64,000 nucleotides of DNA from a virus (lineage: Duplodnaviria; Caudoviricetes), in the IMG/VR virus record IMGVR_UViG_3300025751_000013, positions 45,901 to 109,900 of that record, one strand, 5' to 3'. This document shows, piece after piece, positions 26,401-32,400 of the stretch (its first letter is position 1; the number at the start of each line of letters is the position of its first letter). A program made the position numbers and the translations under genes. The notes under the pieces were generated by a model, which was given only the letters and a program-made list of their open reading frames with translations, did no database searches and was not told the DNA's origin.

Positions 26401-29400
26401 GACAACTAAAGCAGTAGATGTTGCAAGTGTAACTACAAGCGGAAACACAACAGTAGGCGGAATACTTGCTGTAAATGGTACAAACTTAAATGTTGGTTCA
26501 GGAAACTTTGTTGTAACAGGTGCAAATGGTAACACTGATATTGCAGGTATACTTAATGTAGGTAGTAGTAACTTTACTGTACAACCAGGATCAGGTAACA
26601 CATTAGTTGCTGGTACATTAGGTATAACAGGTCTAACAACTATAGATACATCAACTATTACCGGTGTAATGAATGTTACAAGTTCAATAGACTCGACTGG
26701 AACAACTAACGGCGCTATTAAGATACTAGGTGGGATTGGTCTATCTGGTAATATACATATGGGCGGCAATTTACATGTTGGTGGTACAATTAACGCAACA
26801 AGCGGTACTATTACTGGAACTACTTTAGGCACTACATCAAGCAGAGTTACAATAGAAGCTGATAATATCGGTGTTAGTGGTCTAATTACAGGTGACATTA
26901 GTGGTTCTGTAACAAGTGGTAACGTTGCAATTACTGGCGGTACAATTAATACTACTCCAATAGGCGGCGCAAGTGCTGCTACAGCAGATGTTATTAGAGG
27001 TACAGTAATCACAGCAGAAACTAACTTTGTCGGAAATATTACTGGTAACGTTACATCAACTGGTACATCTACATTTGACGGTATAGATGTAAGCGGCGGC
27101 GAGATAGACGGTACAGTAATAGGTGGTAACGATCCTGCAAACATAACTGGTTTAGTTATTGAAGCAGACACAGAATTTAGAGGAAACATTGTTGCTGCAT
27201 CAGGAACAAGTTCATTTACAAATTTAACTGTAAACGGAAATATTACTAACACAGGTTCAACAAGTACTGCAACGTTTAGAGATTTAAGTGTAGTTGGTAA
27301 CTTTGTTCCTAACGCTCTTAATGTTACTACTGATGCAGACATAGGCGGCAACTTAACTGTTGGCGGCACTGCACAATTTGACACAACTCTATTACAAGTT
27401 AATCAAGCTGCAACAGGTGTACCGGCCAATTCACTAACAGCAGGTATTGAAGTAAGCAGAGGTAGTTCTCCATCTAAAAGACTTAACTGGGACGAAGGCG
27501 GATCAACCTGGACAGTAAGTACTGAGAAATTTACAGCAGGTACATTTGAAGCTACTAGTACAATTACTGCCCCAACTGTAACTGCTGATGTAACTGGTAA
27601 TGTAACTGGTAACATAACATCATCTGGATCATCATCGTTTACTACAGTTGATATTAACGGTGGTACTATTGACGGCACTGTTATAGGTTCTAACTCACCT
27701 GCTGCTATAACTGGTACAACTATTACTTCTAACTCAGGCTTTAGTGGTAACTTAACAGGTAACGTAACAGGCAATGTAACTTCAACTGGTACTTCAACAT
27801 TTACAACTGTTGACATTAACGGTGGTGCCATTGATGGTACTACAGTAGGTGCAACAACAGCCGCAACTGTACGTGGTACTACAATCACAGCAACAACTGG
27901 TTTTGTAGGTGATATTACTGGTGACTTAACTGGTCTAGCAGATAGAGCAGATAAATTAGAAACAACACGAACAATTGCGTTAGCTGGCGATGTTGCTGGT
28001 AGTATCGGATTCGATGGTACTTCAAATGTAACTATTAATACAACAATACAACCTAACAGTGTAGATATTGTTGCAGATACAACAGGCGATTATGCAAGAA
28101 CTGTAACTGTAAGTGGCAATGGTTTGTCGATTACTGGAACACAGGGACACGATATAGCTTATCAAGTAATATCAAATGCAGTTTCAACTAACACAGCAAG
28201 TACAATAGTATTTAGAGATACATTTGGTGCATTTAGTGCAGGCGACATAACAGGTTCGCTTATTACTGCTAACACTAGATTAGACGGCATTACAAGGGGT
28301 AATGTACAATCTACTGCTGACGGTGCATTTGCAGCAGGTGTTACACTTGTAAATGCAGCAGACAGAACATTAGACAATATTAAAGATATTACATCCGAAG
28401 ATGGTACATTTGATACAATTGACATTAATGGTGGTAATATAGACGGTACTGTAATCGGTGGTGCAACACCAGCAGCAGGTACATTTCTTGCATTAGAAGG
28501 TACGACTATCGAAGCAACAACAGGATTTACTGGAGATTTAACAGGTGATGTGCTCGCAAGTGATGCAAGTGTAATACTTAATCATACAGCAAAATCAGTT
28601 AATGCAACAAACTTAGATGGTATATTAGGTGCTAATACAGCAGCGGCTGCAACAGTAACAACACTAGCAGCAAGTGGTGCAGTAACTCTTACAGCAGGCA
28701 CAGCATCTAACTCAACTACAACAGGTACACTTGTTATAACAGGCGGTGCAGGCGTAAGTGGCACAGTAAGTGCAGGACAATTTGTTGGTCCGGTACAAGG
28801 TGCTTTAGTTGGCACAGTTGGCGCAGGCGGAATTGCAAATAGAAACTCAGGTGAATTTACAACTGTAAATACTGATAGTAATGTTGTAGTTGGCGGCTCA
28901 CTTACTGTTAACTCTGCAACATCAACATTTAGTACTGTTGATATTAACGGCGGCGCAATAGACGGAACACGTATAGGTGGTGCTACACCTGATAACGCAG
29001 ACTTCTTAGATGTAGAAGGTACAACAATTACAGCATCTACAGGGTTTGTAGGTAACATTACTGCACCGTCAGGTGGTACAGTAGGAACATCTACACTACA
29101 TGATTTAGATCTACAAGGTGACTTAACTGTAGCAAGCGGAAGTATTATATTTGGTGCCAACACTGTAATTGACAATAGTAGAAATGCTACGTTTAATGAC
29201 TTAACTGTACAAGGTACATTCTTACCAAACACATTGAATGTTACATCAACAGCCGTAATAGGAACAGACTTAACAGTTAATGGCGACCTTACAGTTAATG
29301 GCACAACTACAACACTTGATACTGATAATATTACACTGGCAGATAACACAATTGTACTGAATACAGGATATTCAGGACTGTCAAGTGGCGCATTTACATC

Positions 29401-32400
29401 AGGTATTGAAATTGACCAAAACGGTACATCAACAAGCCTACTATGGAACAACGGCACAAATACTTGGACAGTTGGTAATAAAAACTTTACAGCAACTAGC
29501 TTTATTGCAACAACAGATTTCCAAGGTGCATTAGTTGGTAACGTTACTGGTAAAATTGGTGAAACTTCAAGAGACACAGGTAAGTTTACAACATTAGATA
29601 CAACCGGAACTGTTACAGTTGGTACAAGTTTAACTGTTAATGGAGGCGTTGCAACACTTGGCAATGTTGACATAAATGGTGGTAATATAGACGGTACTGT
29701 GATAGGCAATAATGTTCCGTCAACAGTTACTGGTACAACAATTACAGCCAGCCAATTTGTAGGTCCAGTTGATGGACATGTAACAGGTGACGTAACAGTA
29801 GAAGCAGGCGATACACTAAACGTAGACGGTATTGTAGACATTGATGCAAGTTCAGGTAATATGGACAATGTAGTTATAGGTGCAACAACACCAGTATCTG
29901 GTACATTTACAACTATAACTGGTAACACAAGTATAACTAGCGGAACTACAGGAACAGGACCAATTACTGGTGGTGTTATTACAGCAGCAACAAACTTTGC
30001 AGGTGCATTAACAGGTGATGTAACAAGTTCAGGTACAAGCACATTTGAAATTGTTGAAATAGATACTAGTGCTGATATTCAAACACTTGATGTACAAGCA
30101 GGTACAAGTTTATTAGGAACATTGGATGTTACCGGTGCAGCAACATTTGTAAGTCAAGTTAATGTTGAAGATGATGTTATTACACTTAATTCAGATTATA
30201 CATCTGGTGCTCCGTTAACAAGCGGACAGCAAGGTATACAAGTTCTTAGAGGTGATGAAAATACTGTAAGATTTGTATGGGTAGAAAGTCAAGATAGATG
30301 GGAAACACAAAATACTGATTTACGTGTAGGTGAGGATCTATCTGTTAATGGAACAATTATATCAACCGGCGGAATTCAAAGCACACCAATTGGTAATGTA
30401 ACTCCTAATACAGGTAAATTTACAACTCTTGAAACAACAGGCAATGTAACTATTACAGGCGATATTGACCATACAGGCGACTTTGCAACTACAAGTGCAG
30501 CAATTAAAATTGATAATGCTGAGTCTTCAATGAGCAATTTGCTTGGTTCGGGTATTTATGTAGGAGCAGACAGTCTTTCAGGTAGACCACATATTATAGT
30601 TGGATCAAACAGCAAATGGGAATTTAACAGAGACTTTGTTGCAACTGCCGGCAGTCAATTTATAGGTGATATAACAGGCGATGTAACAGGTAACATTACA
30701 TCGTCAGGTACAAGTACATTTAGTGGTACAGTTGATCTTAATGGTGCTACAGTAAACAACGCAGCATTTAACCTAGTTGGTGATCTTACAGGTACAGCAG
30801 ATGATGCAGATGCATTGTCAAGTGCTGTAACTGTTACATTAGCAGGAGATGTAGCAGGTACTGCAACCTTTACAAATGCAGGCGATACAGCAGCAATTAC
30901 AACAGTTATCCAAAACGGATCAGTTGAAAATGTAATGTTAGCAGGTTCTATTACTAATGATAAACTTGTAAATGATTCAGTAATTATAGGCGCAACTGAA
31001 GTAGATTTAGGCACAACTGTAACAGCATTTACAGGACTAACTAGTTTAACTTCAACAGTATTACTTGGTGAGTTAGGTGCTCCGGCAACTAGAAATGATA
31101 TTTATGCATCAGCTATAAGTGCTACTGGAATCGTTACAGCGCCAACATTTGCTGGTAATCTAAGCGCAACTGGCACAAGTACACTGGGTGCAGCAGTATT
31201 CAGTGGTAATGCAGTATTTAATGCAGGACTTTCTGTTGCATCAGGTCAAACAGCAACGATCAACGGAGACCTAGACGTTAACGGAACTACTACATTTGCA
31301 GATATTACTGTTCCAGGAACATTTACTGCTGAGTCTACTGCTAACTTTAACACTGACTTTATTAAACTAAATGCACTAGGTACAGTACAAAATGCAGGTA
31401 TAACAATTGAGCGTGGAGCTACTGATGTTTCGTTCTTCTGGGATGAATCAAATGACAAATGGTCTATAGCAAGCGAAACACTTGTAGCCGGTATGGTAGA
31501 AAGTGATGTAACAGGACATCACTACGGTGATGTAACAATTGCAGGCGGCGAAACTATCGATGTTAGTGCAGGTACAATAACTTTTGCTAACGATCAAATC
31601 AGTGGTAATGCAATCAACGGTGGTACTATTGATTCTATTACTATTACAACATTAGCGTCATCAACTGTAAACATAGACGGTGGCTCGATTGATGGAGTTT
31701 CGATAGGTAACGCATCTAGAGGCACTGGTAAGTTTAGTACACTTGACGCAACTGGAGCAATTACTACAGACACTAACGTCACAGCAACAGGATCGATAAA
31801 TGGTGCAACAGTTGTTGCAACTACATCAATGACAGCACCTCTATTCACAGGTGACTTAACTGGTGACGCAGATGGCGATCATACTGGTACATTTACAGGT
31901 ACAATGAGCGGCGCGATCGGCGGCGCATCAGACAGAAGCACAGCGCACTTTAGTACAGTTGATGCATCTAATGCTACACTATCAAGTGCAGACATTAACG
32001 GCGGTACAATTGACGGTGTTGTTATTGGCGGCGCATCTCCGAACTTAATTACAGGTACTACTATTAGTGGTACTACTATTAATGCAAGTACATTTAATGG
32101 TAATATCACAGGCGATGTAACAGGCGATGTAACAGGTAATGTAACAATTCCAGTCGGTGATACACTAACAGTTAACGGTACGTTTGCAATTGATAATATG
32201 ACAGTCAATCAAAACTTAACTGTAACAGGAGATATGACTGTAAACGGCACTACTACATCTCTTAATACTGAAGAAATTAAACTTGCTGACAATTATATTC
32301 TACTAAACAGTGGTACTAGCACAGCACAAAATGCTGGTTTAGAAGTTGATTTATCAGGTGGAACAACTAAGTCATTAGAATGGACTACGTCATCCGGCGG